From Oopsacas minuta (lineage: Eukaryota > Animalia > Porifera), in NCBI GenBank assembly GCA_024704765.1, contig JAKMXF010000329.1:186001-250000 (forward strand): DNA of 64,000 bases. The letters run 5' to 3'. The notes under the pieces are model-generated. The model ran no database searches, was not told where the DNA came from, and saw only the letters and a program-made list of their open reading frames with translations. Made by a program: the position numbers and the translations under genes. Shown one piece after another: positions 13,170 to 26,543 of this stretch; within the stretch, counting starts at the first letter, position 1, and every line of letters starts with the position of its first letter.

Positions 13170-15070
13170 CATTTATCAAACATATCCATAGGTTGAACAT
13201 TGTTCACTTCCTCTGATAAATGTTAATTGGAAACGATCTTTCCTTCTTCTTCATTTTATAAACTGTCAGTTTCATTAAAATATTCAGTTGCCGCTTTATA
13301 ATCTCCATTTCAGTGAGGTGTTGACAGATATCATATCTAACTTTTCTATCCAAGAAATAATATCTGATTCGAGAAGATCGAAACCAAATTATAGAAATCC
13401 TTAACAATCAATATTCAAGAATGGACTTAGGGAGGTAGACGGAGTGAAACTATCCATTGTTTCATTATCAGGAGTTTGCAATAGTTCCTTCCATGATGAT
13501 TTGATACTGAACAGGGGACCTCATTCCAAGCGTTAGAAATTCTTTCCATTACATCCAAAATATTAATTGACTTAAGGAAAGTAATTGTATCAACTTTTCT
13601 GTACTAAATAACTTCTTAATAATTCTTTGCGGTACCTTCGTTTTATGCTCAATTATACCTTGATCCATTGGCTGAATTAATGATGTTACATTCAGAGGAA
13701 GAATTTTAGATTTGATTTTCCCATCTTCTGAGGATAGCACATTTTTCAGGGGGTGAGTACTGCAATTGTCGATGAACAATAATGCTTTCGCCTCTTGGGC
13801 CATATTCATCAGTTCCAGCTGAATGTAAGGTACAAATTCGTTGTGAAACTAGCTAAAATTATTTCTGAATTCATCCAAGCATTTGCCTGATGCTTATGCA
13901 CGACAGGAGAGAGTTCACTTCTATATTATTGAAACAACGTGGTTTTGCAGCTTTCCCAATGACAAGAAGTGGTAATTTTATAGAACCGTTAGCATTTGAG
14001 CATAAATTGGTTGTGATGCGTCCCTTGATTTGTTTGTAACCTGCAGCTAATTGCTCAAACCAAGATACTAAAGTCTTTTCAGGTAATATGCAATAATATA
14101 GGCCAGTTTCATCTAACTTAAATATCTGATCAGAAGTATAGCCTGTAGTTAAAAGTTTAAATTCATCAACAAATATCACGACACATTCCACATCAGTAGA
14201 TAACTCTCCTGCTATAGCTAAATTTCGCATATGATAACTCTTCTTGAATCTTGTCAAATATCCGTAACTAGCCGCAAATGTTATTAAGTTCTCTGGATAT
14301 AGAAAGTTATAGAGAATGTTCGCTTTTTCAGCTAAGAGTGGCCCACTAATTGGAGATCCTTTTCCCCTTTCTTGCCTGAACCACATGTACAGAGCTTCAT
14401 CTATTTCAACAAACTTGCCAAGCTTCATATATTTAGCAGTTCTCTTATCGAATGTTATCGTCCTGTCCTTGAAACTAAGTATTTTATCTTCACCATTCTT
14501 AATACATGACACAGTAGACTTTCCAATTCCATACTTTTGACAAATAACGGAATAAGAATAATCTTCTTTAATCTTCTCACAAATGTCTAGCTTTTCATCA
14601 TAAGTCAGAACCCTTCTCTTACGCTTTTAGGAAACCTGAGCCATAAATGCAATAGGTTTATCTAAAAGTTAAAATTTATACGTACAAATATACAAGAGAA
14701 ATAAGGAAATACGTGCAAATATACAGAGAAATAAGGAACTAAGTATGTAACACGTATATAAATTCAGATGAGCTGTAATAGGTCGCGCTTACGATGCAGG
14801 TACTACTCATAAATACTCTTAGTATACTAGTGATAGAGATGTACAAACGAAAGATACGTAGGACTTAGTTGTCGTACTATTACGTATACTGTACGGAATT
14901 ATTTACGTAAGTTATGGTATCCCAACAAATATATTACAATAGACTTGAGTTGTTCTGATAAGGTTATGAATTAAAGTTAACCGAACTGTACTGATAAAAT
15001 GAAGTTCGTAAAATGAATAAATCAAGAATGGAGTTTGGCTAATCGGGGTACGGATTACGAGAGAGCACTG
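13170..15070 (-). mobile_element. Tigger/pogo transposon with Jerky/TIGD-like transposase pseudogene (ATG ~14644)
   Basis: 5' TIR CAGTGCTCTCTCGTAATCCGTACCCC ends at 15070 with flanking TA. CENP-B HTH motifs (RRVLTYDEKL..KYGIGKSTV; DEALYMWF..R..G.PISGPLL) and DDE_1 motifs (IFKLDETGL, LFIDNCSTHP, LPLNVTSLIQPMDQGII). Stop at codon 6 plus frameshifts; 3' TIR not found. Confidence 0.9.
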
Positions 15071-15299
15071 TATATATTCAATAATATTTCAGATTGAGTT
15101 ACCAAAAAGGGGAAATATACTTCCATAGTTTGGCTAAGCCAGCTTAAACCCGGGTGAACTTCAACCCAGAACCACTTCGAGTGACCCCTCTTTCGACTTA
15201 GCCTTTATAATCTGAATACATGCCTAAGATGTATTATTATATATATAGTGTAAGCAATTATAATTTCACCCACATGAGGATATTATGTTTCTTTGGATT

Positions 15300-15545
15300 G
15301 GGGTTCTTATTAAATTTCAAAGTCAGTTAACTATGAAGGTTCGATTGGCACTAGTCCGGTTTAAGATGTAGTCTAAACGAAAATGTTGTGTAAAAGTCCC
15401 CAAAAATCAGCCCACAATTCCTAACGTTTATGTAAATACATAGCATTGATCAATGTTGCCAGCGTAGTATCATGTGGTTCCTGGAACAGAACATAATAGA
15501 GATCAAGAAACCATCATAAAACCTTCCTTTTACGAGAACTCAATT
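15300..15545 (-). repeat. Inverted partner of 12365-12620
   Basis: Reverse complement aligns with 12365-12620 (shared blocks such as CGCTGGCAACATTGA, CTAGTGCCA, ACTGACTTTG). Confidence 0.7.
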
Positions 15546-15782
15546 TACCCTCTTGCGACTGGACTAATATAATGGTAGTAGAAATAATTTTCCCCATGCT
15601 GGAATCTTTTGAGTTTTCCATTTTATTGCATTAATCTGAATGTTTTTATGTTCCTCTCCTAGCGATGCTACCTTGAATGCCATAATACCTTTGCATATTT
15701 TACTTCAAGTTATTCTCAAAATATTTGTTTCATCTTACTTACTATCATGTTTGTACATTATCTATCTTATACCTTCTTTCAG

Positions 15783-18700
15783 GAATGAAGAGGATTATTC
15801 ATTCAGAGGGAACAGAAAAAGGAGATCTGATTTTGTAGAATATTTCGACCCCCAAGAAGTTGAGCAAAGACACCTAACTTGCGCAGATGAGGAAATTAAA
15901 ATTTTAGACATACCTGAAAGATATCAAACGCGTAAAATCCATATACAAACCGCTGATAATCTCGAATTAGAAGATGAATCAAAATGGATATTTTCTAACC
16001 TTTTCGCTTCTCCAACAGTATCTAATCAAGATTATGTTTTCGACCATTTAATTGATGCAGACTTATTAGATTCAAAAGCTAGAACTTTCATCTCGAAAAT
16101 ATATTCTATTTTAGACTTTATTCGGAATCGGCATTATGATTTACTCTTTATAGCTTGCTATCGAAGGGAATTAATTGCCCCCGAATTATCCCCCAATGAT
16201 CTTTATTGGATATTGAAATACGATGAGAAATGGCACCAATTGAGGAGCAAGAGAAATTCAATTCTAAAGCTAGCACAGAGATTGCAAAGCCATCTTTATG
16301 AATCCATTCGTAAACAGCCTGACGCGATGCTTAATGATGAACTAAGGATTATTCAGGATGAAGATATTCTACGTGTTGAAAATTCTAATTCATTTGATGA
16401 TCTTAGCGATTATTCTGCTTTAATGTTCCTATATTATGGGCAAGAGATGGTGGAAATGCGGAATTTGTCTGTTGAGATTCACATATCTGATTCTGATACA
16501 CATGGTAATTGTAAAAAATTTGCTTCTCGCCGAAATTATTTTTATCTCTGTAAAAAATATGGTCTTAATTCTCTTGCCTGTCAATTTGGCTTGACCCCTG
16601 AACAATTCGGAGAAAATCTACGTGAATCATATCAGGTTCATGAACCTGATCAATCTCCTGTAGAACCTGAGGAAGCTTCTATTGAATACTTGAAGTTGAA
16701 CACCCCGTTTAACACGATAGAAGCAATTCTGTCTGGTGCAAGACATATTGTCGCACTTCAAATCAGTCATGAACCTCAAATTAGAGCATATTTTCGGACA
16801 TTATTTAGAAAAAGAGCAAGGGTCTTCACAATTCCTACAAACAAAGGAAAACTACATATAAATGATTGGCATTACTGTGCTCGCTATAAATATCTCAGAG
16901 GTAAACCTGTGACCGATTTCAAAAATGATGAATTTCTCTTGTTGCTTCAAGCTGAGGAACAAGAGTTAATTCAATTATACATCACTCTTGACGAATCATC
17001 TTCATTAGATATCAATTTTAGTAATGATCAATTGGAACCAACAAGGAATATGCAAACATATTTCAATGAGATCAAGCATTTATATTTACGTGACGATTAT
17101 AGTGCGGTTGTTACTAAATGGAATGTACAAAGAACTAAAGCCTTGTTCTTAGCTGTTCATAAATACTTATACCCAGTAATTACCCAGGAAATGAGATATT
17201 TGTTAAAGACAGAGGCCGAAAAACATGTGATTTGTCAGTCGATGGAAAAGTTGGGTCAATGGGTAGATCAAGTACCATATTTCTCATCATTAGATCGTAC
17301 TTGTGAAGATTCTTCACGTCGCGATCTGATATTCAGCTCTGAACATCTCAATAGTACTCTAATTGCTTGTTCCATATTTCCTGAACATGATATCCCTGGA
17401 TATCTGGTTGCATTGGACAAAGATGGGAATGTTAATAGTTATGCTAAACTCAATTATCTAAAAAATAATTTACGAAAGGGTGATTCACATCAGCCAGATT
17501 TTCAATTATTTAAAAAATTAATCATCACATATGAACCAACAATAATTATTCTATCTGCCACTATTAGAAATATATATCACATTCGAGATGAGGTACAAGT
17601 TATTATCAACAATTTGAATGAAGGTTCGAATACTAGTCCTCATTCACTTGTTGAAATTATGGATCCCAATCTAGCTAATGTCTCTTCCCAGTGCATGAAC
17701 CTTACTTCTGAATTTCCTGATTACCCAATACAATTACGCCATGCTATATCAATGGGTAGGAGAGCGCAAGATTCATTGACAGAGTTTGCATCTCTTGCTA
17801 CTGTCCCTCAGAACTTACTATATTTACCTTTACATAATCTACAATCTAGAATTTCCCAGGAAGATTTATGCGATGCATTACAATTTCAGTTATGTAAGAC
17901 TGTTTCGAATGTTGGAGTAGATATCAATTCGTGTTTAAAATCTGAGCATAAATCTTGTCTTTTGAGCTTTGTCCCAGGACTTGGACCAAGAAAGGCTTCT
18001 GCTTTATTAAAGAGACTCCAACAAGATGGTTCTATACTTGAGAATAGATCACAATTAATTACCATTTGTGAGATAGGCCCCACGGTATTTTTAAATTGTG
18101 CTGCATTTATTAAAATAGATGTTAAAGATATTCGGGCAAAAGGTACTGATTCCTATATTGAAGATTTGGATGGCTCAAGAGTCCATCCAGAAACTTATGA
18201 TTGGGCGAAGAAAATGGCTGTGGATGCTTTGGAGTATGACGATACCACTGAGGATTTTGATTCTACAGAGGCAGTTCAACGAATTTTACAAAATTCTGAA
18301 AAGTTACGGGAACTAGATCTAGACGCATTCGCATCTCAGCTTGAGAAAGAGAACTTTGGTGATAAACGGGCAACTTTATATGACATACGAGATGAATTGG
18401 AAGGGGGATGTTTCAGAGATAGACGAAAACCATTTCAAGGACTCAATAAACAGGATGTTTTTGAAATCCTATTCGATAATCCTCTTGCTACTCACACTCA
18501 AAAGATATTCGTTAAGGGTAAACTAGTAACATGTAAAGTAGTTAATATTGAGAGACGGAAACCTACTCAAGAACAGTCTACTAAAATTAGTCCAGAAAGA
18601 AATGAGATAACTGGAAAATGGGCTTGTCCATTCTGTAAGAAGTCTGACTTTTCTGAATTTAGTCTTGTTTGGATACATTGTGATGAAGGATCTTGTCCTG

Positions 18701-19848
18701 GAGAAGCAATTGGGATACGGACTATACTAGAAAACGGTCTTTATGGTTTTATAAGTATCCATAATATTAGTTCTAGCACTGTTGTCAATGTAGAGAATCA
18801 TGTTCAAATTGGAATGACTATTACTTGTAGAATATTGAGTGTTAATTCCCAAAAGTTTTCTCTAGAACTTTCTTGTAAATCTTCAGACCTTCAAGATGTT
18901 GAGAATAGATTTGTAAATCTCAAGGATAAGTTTTACGACTATAAAAAGGAGAAAGATGATACTGAGTGTGAGAAATCGTCATCCAAGAATGATTTGAATC
19001 ATTATATTAAGAGGATAATTGTTCATCCAAAATTTAAAAATTTATCTTATGAGGAATCCTTACCACTTTTAGAAAACCTGCTGGTAGGTGATTGTTTAAT
19101 TCGACCAAGTAGCAGAGGGTATAATCGTTTGACCTTATCTTTGAAAATTGATGACAATATTTATCAACATATTGACATAGTAGAGAAAGATAAAACTCAT
19201 ACTTATTCTATTGGAAAATCTCTGTGGATAAATAATGAAGAATATGAAGATTTGGATGAAATCCTTGCAATGTATGTTAACAGAATATCAAACTTTCTCA
19301 AAGAATTGAGAACTCACAAGTGTTTCAGGCCTCCTTCAACCAACGAATTATCTACACTTGAAACTCTATTAACTCAAGAAAAACGGATAAATCCATCCAG
19401 AATTCCATATTTTATTAGTCCTTCAGTGAATTTTCCAGGTAAATTTATCCTTGCATATACTCCAAAACTAAAAGCATTAACTGATTATATTTCTTTGAAC
19501 CCACAAGGCCTCAAGTTTAGAAATAAAATATTCGACTCACTGTCTCAAATGTTGAAATGGTTTAAAGATCACTATGTAATATCTTTGTGTAATAGGGAAG
19601 TATCTACTATAAGACCCTCTCAAAAATTCCCAACTTACCCTAAAAATAGTAGCATCGACGAAAGAACATTCTATTCAAGTAATTTATCAACACAAGGCAA
19701 ACAATATACAGCTAAAGGATCTCTTGGACGTCCGAACCCTATCGCAAATTCTGAACATTATCAATCTGTTAGAACGAATTCCAACTACCAACTTCGAACT
19801 CAAAAGCGACCATTTAAATACAAAAGTAGTATACATCCGTTTAAATAA
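15783..19848 (+). CDS. SPT6: Transcription elongation factor SPT6, main 4066-bp coding exon
   Basis: DIPERYQ, YqgF-like core, HhH (VPGLGPRKA), LDGSRVHPETYDWAKKMAVDALE, S1 domain with metazoan-type WACPFC..CPGEAIG insert, tandem SH2 (IRPSSRG..LTLSLK; EYEDLDEILA; WFKDHY). The first ~47 aa of the track ORF are intronic. Confidence 0.97.
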
Positions 19849-21448
19849 AATCTTTGAATTCATGTTTTATGTGGTATAATCTTGAGAGTCAATTATTGAA
19901 TTCCCCCTATTACTTTAATATGTTTCTTTTAATTGCAACTCAGGGAATTTGGTATACGACAGTTTCGAAGGTTACCTCAACTTCCCTATCCATACCGTTG
20001 GTGTTGGCTAGAAGCCCACCATTTCTAGTGTGAGTTCCTTACACACTTGAATTCTAGTAAGACATCCCTTCGGCAAACAAAATTTGTACAGATTACCCGA
20101 ATTTAGTTTTTATTCCGAATGTGAGTTGTTCAGGATAAAAGATAAATTCAGGAAAAATTAATAGCCTACTACATACAGGTTAATACACTGCTTTGGACCA
20201 CGGATAAGATAAATAGAGTTTTTCATATAATGGAATTTACATCTATATCAATTATAATTGTACATCCTTTACACTCCCAATAATGATATTCCTGACTGCT
20301 GGCATAATTTTAGTTTATCTTCATGAAGATAATGATCTTCCTATTCAAGTTATGATAAAAATGTGAATGAACAGGGAAATATTACATGAAAATATAATAT
20401 TATTAATTATAGGTAAGTTCAATCATCTTCATTGAATATCTTTGGGACAAGAGTTGCTAGAAACAATATTCTTGGCCTTGTTGTTGAGCAAACAGTTACT
20501 TGCAGTCATTTAAGACAACGTAGCATATCTTTTCCGTTTGTACAGCGATCAATATACTCAAAATCTCAATCCTCACATTCTTCAGCCTCAATTCTGAGAA
20601 TAGCCAGCTGAACTAAAACGGATTTAGCATTGGACCTGATAAGCAGTCTGAGGAGAGCTCGAGAAGATTCAACCCTAAGGAATACTTTTTAACCAGTAAA
20701 TATAGCATTTAGAATTTGATTAGATGGTCACTTTTAGTCCTTCTCGATCTAATAGCTGAATCAACACTAAGCTAGATTCAAAGCCTTCTATTTCAAGAGA
20801 ATAAAATATTTTACAAGTTTTTTTTGCATTCTGGATTTCAGATGAAATTCATCCATATTCGTATTCAGAGGGATTATATCCACTTGTCTCATTTTTGAAG
20901 AAAGGTGAGACTTCAGTGATAAGACCATGGTTATCATGTTTTATCATCTACTGGGTTTCTTTACTGTTCCGTTTTCAAGTTGGCCCAAGATAATTTAAAG
21001 CATAGGTGATAATTCACTTGTATTACCATAATCTTATATAATTGCTTGTTTCAATGCTGAAATGCTACTTCTCTCTAAAAGGTTCATTATCACAATAAGT
21101 AATCATATTATCTTACAACATATAATGTAGGAGAATCTGGTGTCCTATGATGATAAGGTTTCACTTCAAGAGAAGTGCCAATAGTGAAATATAGTGAACT
21201 GATATACTTGTTGTGTTGGTCAGATTGACAATATTCATTTGAGTGGCTTTGGATTGCAAAACAACCCATTCAATAGAAAGATCTATCTAGATTTAGCGAT
21301 CAAATCAGAGATGTCGTAATACATAATTTTTTTGTTCTTCGTATAATTCTTTACTTAGCTTTAAGGCCTAAAGAAATACATTGCTCACAATTAAAGTTCT
21401 TTCTGATGAATATCAGGGCGTTCAATAAGTCTTGCGGGCCATGTTATA

Positions 21449-22547
21449 CGAAGGGCACTCGAAAAGTTTTGACGTTGACCGACATATCAGATAGTGATAA
21501 TAAAATTGACTATTATATTTTTCAAAATACTCTCCCTGACAATCCATACATTTTTCATTCTGGTAAACCAATTATCAAAACATTTTTTCCACTCTTCTTT
21601 CGTTATGTCTCTGATCGCTTGGAAAAGTCCCCTCTCAAGTCCTCATTAGTCGAAAATTTCCTCCCACGTAATGGATCTTTGAGTCTAGGGAACAACCAGA
21701 AGTGGCAAGGGGCTAAATCAGGACTGTAGGGTGGGTGACGTAATGTTTTGAGTCCAGATTTTTCCAAAAACTCACGAGTTCTGATTGCCGTATGCGATGA
21801 TGCATTATCATGATGAAGAAGAATTCATCTAATGCCTGTCTTCTCCCGCTGTGACTCAATTGCTGTGATGACTCTGGGTAGGCACACTGCAGTGTACCAG
21901 TCGGCAGTAACTGTCTTTCTATCCTCGAGAGCAACAGCTTCGACAAACCCACTAGATCTGAAAAAATCGCCCACATTTGTTTCCCAACAGATCTAGCCCT
22001 CCGCACTTTGGTTGGAGGTGGGGCATCTTCTTCAACCCACTTCTTGACATTCGCTTTGTTTCTGGATCATAATGGTATATCCATGTCTCATTACCTGTAA
22101 GGATCTCAGAAACAGCTCTTGAACTTCCAGTAGCAAATCCTTTGAGCATAATTTTGCAAAAGTCTATGCGGGATGTTTCTTGCTGTAAGTTCAAAGAATG
22201 GGGGATCCATCGGGCACACAACTTCCTGACACAAAGTTCTTTGTGCAAAATGATATTAATTGTCCCCGAAGATGACTTGGTTTCAAACTCTAACTGAGCG
22301 TACGTAATATGAGGATCTTTAGTAATTAGATCTAGCATTACGGTAACATTTTCTTCATTATGTGAAATATTCGGTCTTTCTGAACGAGAGGCATCTTCAA
22401 GAACAAAGTTTCCGTGAATAAATTCCCTGTAAACGAATGAAAGTTTCAAAGTAGACTAATAAAATATGTCTGGGAAGATGGATTCGGGGAAGTTCCGACA
22501 GATTAATAGTTTCATATCAAACGGCAAAACTTTTCGAGTGTCCCTCG
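21449..22547 (-). mobile_element. Mariner B, 1099 bp, frameshifted transposase
   Basis: TIRs CGAAGGGCACTCGAAAAGTTTTG / CGAGGGACACTCGAAAAGTTTTG with TA on both sides. Motifs CARWIPHSL, TGNETWIYHYDPETK, HHDNASSH, HPPYSPDLAP. Confidence 0.92.
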
Positions 22548-23770
22548 TATCTCAGGAATTAGTAAAGTAATATACCTAACTTTCATAAATTATAATCCCA
22601 TATTGTTAAACTCGATATACTGAAATTTTCAACCTTATTCATTACAAATTATGATTTATTGAGATAATTACGTGTAGTCAATTCATACCTACTGTTCAAT
22701 TTATGCTTCAAAAGATGATAATTTCAATCTCAAATACCGAGCTTACATAGAGTTTTGCACAAAACTCAAGCTCCAGCCCGTACAGATCTTCAGCGAGCTA
22801 CAGGAGGTATTGTGCATGGATTGCCCTTCCAGATCAACTGTTGAGCGATGGGCTGCCCGTTTTAGATCTGATGATGCTGATGTCACAAATTTGCCACGAT
22901 CTGGAAAACCGGGATCCGCCACCACTTCAGAATATCGCACTGATTGAAAGTACGGTCTTGGAAGACAAGTGCATTACTGTCAATCAGTTAGAACAAGAAT
23001 GAAGATTTCACTGGCAGTATTCATACAATTCTGACGACTGAGCTTGGCTACCGATCGATTTGTGGGAAATGGGTCCCACATAAGCTGAATGAGAATCAAA
23101 GGTTGGCATGACTGAATATTGCCAAGAAACTCTCGGAAACTCATGAGAACTTCGATTCTAGACGCCTAACAGAGATTGTTATTGATGACGAGACGTGGGT
23201 ATACTATTCAACACCATATATCATGGGTGAGGGGCGACGAACAACCGGTGAAAATTCCTAGGCCCGACTTCCGAAAACCTAAGATTATGTATACCATCTT
23301 CTTCAGTAGTCATGGAATTGTCTTGCAATAACCTTGTGAGAGTGGCAAGGCTGTTATTGCTACTTTCTTTACAGAGCAAGTGCTCCAAATTTGATAAAAA
23401 AATATAGAAAAGTACCGACCGAAATCCGGAACTCTAGGAATGAAGATATTAATTAATAACGCCAGTTCCCATACAGCTAAGCTTACCAAAAATTTCTTGG
23501 ATGTAGAATGGTTAGAAGTACTTCCCCATCCACCATACTCGCCAAACCTAGCTTCGTGTGATTGTTGGCTATTCCCCAAGCTTAAAATCTACCTTCAAGG
23601 CAAAGATTTTAACACATTACAAGCACTCGGAACGAGCCTGTACCAGTACTTCAAATCCATCCCTGAAGAAGAGTACAGAAATGTGTTTACAAGTGGGTGG
23701 AGTGGTTAAAACTTTGTGTATCTGCAGGAGAGGATTACTTTAAGTAAGTAATGTAGTGAATTAGTGTATA

Positions 23771-25108
23771 CAACGTGTATCATATGTCTTGGCGGGTCAG
23801 TGAATGTAAATAGAATTTCCGTTATCGAGTATTTGTTCCAATTATTTGCCAGTATAACCGCCATTCCTATCTAATACATGTTGTATCTTAGCATGCATAC
23901 TACAAATTAAATTTTCGAGAATATCAGGGTCTATGCCAGCCCATGCGGATTTGACTTGTAGAATTAAGTATTCTAGCTTAGTAGCATTTGCCATTTGTCC
24001 AACACGATCTTTCAATCTTGACCAGAGTTTTCCAATCCGAGTTAAATCTGGAGAGTTACCCGGCCACTCAACCTTCCTCCAAAACCGAGGAAAGTGTTCT
24101 ATACACCATCTCTGTGTCAAGTTTGCAGCGTATGGAGGGGCACCATCCTGCATGAATGGAAATCACACATGTCAGCAAGCGTTGATCTCTCCAGGATAGA
24201 ACCTGTATTTGCAGTTCTATTTGTAGCATCACCACACGTCTTGGCTAAGATGTTGTCTAGATAGTAGGTTCCATTATCGTTTGTTTCGGAGGAATGATGT
24301 GTAATTCTGAGAGAGCCCTGTGGGACATCATACCCCAGACTTGGTTTTTTGTGGGAAATTTCATCTGAACGATAGGTTCAATATTATTTGAATTCCGAGC
24401 CCAGATACGATCGTTTTGACGATTTGGCAAGGAGAATACTTGGAAAGGTGATTCATCTGACCACAACACCTTTTTCCAGTCACCAATTGTCCAATTTATG
24501 TGATCTTTAGCAAACTGGAGGCGTTTATCCTTCGTTTTCTGTGTCAATCGAGATATTTTAGGACGTTTGAATGATTTTACTCCCAAAGAATTGGTCAAAT
24601 AGCGATATATACTTGAATGCAAGATAGAATATCCTTACCATTGAGAAATCGCGCAAGTTTATGTGTTGACTCCCCCCTCGTCCCTAGAGAAATTGAGATG
24701 ACTATCTTGCAAACCTTTTTCCTGGTCGGAAACCTACCTGGACTGAGTTTAGTATTTGGTCTTTCCCATGTTTCTCGTTATGCCACCACCTTTGTATCGA
24801 CCACAAACCTACACCAAGCCTTGAAGCTATAATCTTCTGCTCCAATCCAGTTTTCAACATGTCAATTGCTTCCATGCGAATGGACAAACCATGATCTTTG
24901 ACATTCATATTTCAAAAAGATGAGAGAAATACAAAAAATGAGTTCAAAATACAAATCAAAATGAAAGTATTTATAAATAGGTGTATTTGTAATAGATAGA
25001 CTTAGTAGTTAAGTTTAAGACAAATTTAATTCAAGAATACATTGTGGCCTAGTTAAATCAACTTAAATATTATGAATTCATACCCGCTAAGACATATGAT
25101 GCACTCTG
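23771..25108 (-). mobile_element. Tc1-like element of DD37E spacing, 1338 bp, pseudogene
   Basis: TIRs CAACGTGTATCATATGTCTTGGCGGGT / CAGAGTGCATCATATGTCTTAGCGGGT, TA TSD. LWSDESPF; QDGAPP..(37 aa)..WPGNSPDLTRIG (third catalytic E degraded to G). Confidence 0.92.
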
Positions 25109-25201
25109 TATAGCGTTTGTATTCTGTTCCATGATATCACCCGCAAGGCTTATTCAACCCCCCAGTATAACAAATGTTAGTTGATCACAAATAAATATAT
25201 A

Positions 25202-26543
25202 CAGGGTGTCCAGAAATTAATGTTACCTTACATTATGTTAAGAATAAGAAAATACCAGTGTACTATTGAATTCATTTATTTCCCAATATAATCACCCTCC
25301 AATTCTAAACATTTTCTAATTCTATTGGGCATCCCTGTAACTAGATTCTCGAGACAAGATGGATCAATGTTGGACCAGTCCATTTTTAGAGATTTCTTAA
25401 GGTTTTCTAGGTTATTTGATTGAGGCAACTCCTCAAATCTCTGTTTGAGAATTGACCAAAGATTCTCAATTGGATTCAGGTTTGGAGAGTTACTTGGCCA
25501 CTTCTCTTTAGCCCAGAAATTTGGTAAGTGATTTTTACACCAATCTTGAGTAATGTTAGCACTGTGGGGTGGAGCACCATCTTGTATCAATTTGGCCTTC
25601 AACGGGTCTGCTATCATTCTCTTTTCGAGTATTGTCCCTGTTTTTCGTTTGCGGTTTAGTGCATCTTTGCAGGTTTTGGTCAGTATTTCAGACACATAGT
25701 AAGAAGCATTCACAGTTCATTGGGTGGCACAAAGTGTAATTCTGATGGTGCCTGATGGCTCATCATAGCCCACACCATGACCTTCTGCGGGAATTTAACC
25801 GTTTCCTGAGGGAGAACATCTGAAGAATTATGACACCAGACACGATCATTTTGATGATTGGATGAATGGAAAAGTTCGAAGGGTGGCTCATCTGTCCAGA
25901 GAATACATTTCCAATCATCTACTGACCACACTGTATTTTTGACAGAATTCCAGTCTGTTTGCCTTTTGCTTTCCGGTCAATTTTGGCTGTTTAGGTCGTT
26001 TGAAGGCCTTAACTCCCAGGGATTCGCATAAATATGAGTGCACAGTGCTCTTGGATATAGAATACCCCTTGGATTTCAGTTTAGCACTCAATCTTCTTGT
26101 GGATTGGTGACGTTTTCCAAGAGATTTGCCAGTAATCATCTTGGCCACCGGATTCAGCAAGGATGGGCGACCGGCACCAGGTTTATGGTCGAGGCTCTGG
26201 TTGCTGGTAAATCTCTTCCACCACCGTTTGACCGTGCGAATATCCTTCCCTATCCTACTAGCAACTACTTCTGTGTTATTCCACCTTCCAGCATGCCTAT
26301 TGCACGTGTACGAACCTCAGTGCTCATAATAATACCGCTAATCAGTTGAAAATATATAGTAAAATGATAATCGAAGCAAATATCGCAATAAAAGTGAATT
26401 TTAGAATGTATTTCAGTAAACAGAGATCAATACAGCATAAAGTTTACGAAATAGTGTATTAAGGCATATACGTACTAGTGCTAATCAATATATGGTCAGT
26501 TAAGAAAAATATTATAAGGTGACCATAATCTCCGGACACCCTG
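25202..26543 (-). mobile_element. Tc1-like DD37E element, 1342 bp, pseudogene
   Basis: TIRs CAGGGTGTCCAGAAATTAATGTTACCTTA / CAGGGTGTCCGGAGATTATGGTCACCTTA, TA TSD. LWTDEPPF; QDGAPPH..WPSNSPNLNPIE with 37 residues between D and E. Confidence 0.93.

Larger units (their letters stand above)
3784..15782 (+). other. SPT6: Predicted 11,999-bp GT-AG intron of SPT6, filled with transposons
   Basis: caaAG|gtattg ... ccttctttcag|Gaat; splicing joins AG+G (Arg) and keeps the SPT6 frame (..LSQ-R-NEEDY..RKRRSDFVEYFDPQE). Confidence 0.75.
21413..25165 (+). mobile_element. Mariner A, interrupted by two nested elements; transposase pseudogene ~22715-23745
   Basis: TIRs TCAGGGCGTTCAATAAGTCTTGCGGG / CTGGGGGGTTGAATAAGCCTTGCGGG with TA flanks. 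Motifs YRAYIEF, KWVPHKL, VIDDETW, NNASSHTA, PHPPYSPNLASCDCWLFP. About 1.31 kb after removing the inserts. Confidence 0.85.

Noticed and set aside
15640-15782. Track ORF start for SPT6 (MFLCSSPS...)
   Set aside because: Hydrophobic, non-homologous sequence ending in a polypyrimidine tract and AG; it is better explained as the intron 3' end.
20480-20680. hAT dimerization-domain reading (LAILRIEAEECED.DF) of the minus-strand remnant
   Set aside because: It is only a loose resemblance. The fragment order after the THAP domain and the TIR fit a P-type N-terminal region at least as well, so it is not called as a separate hAT.
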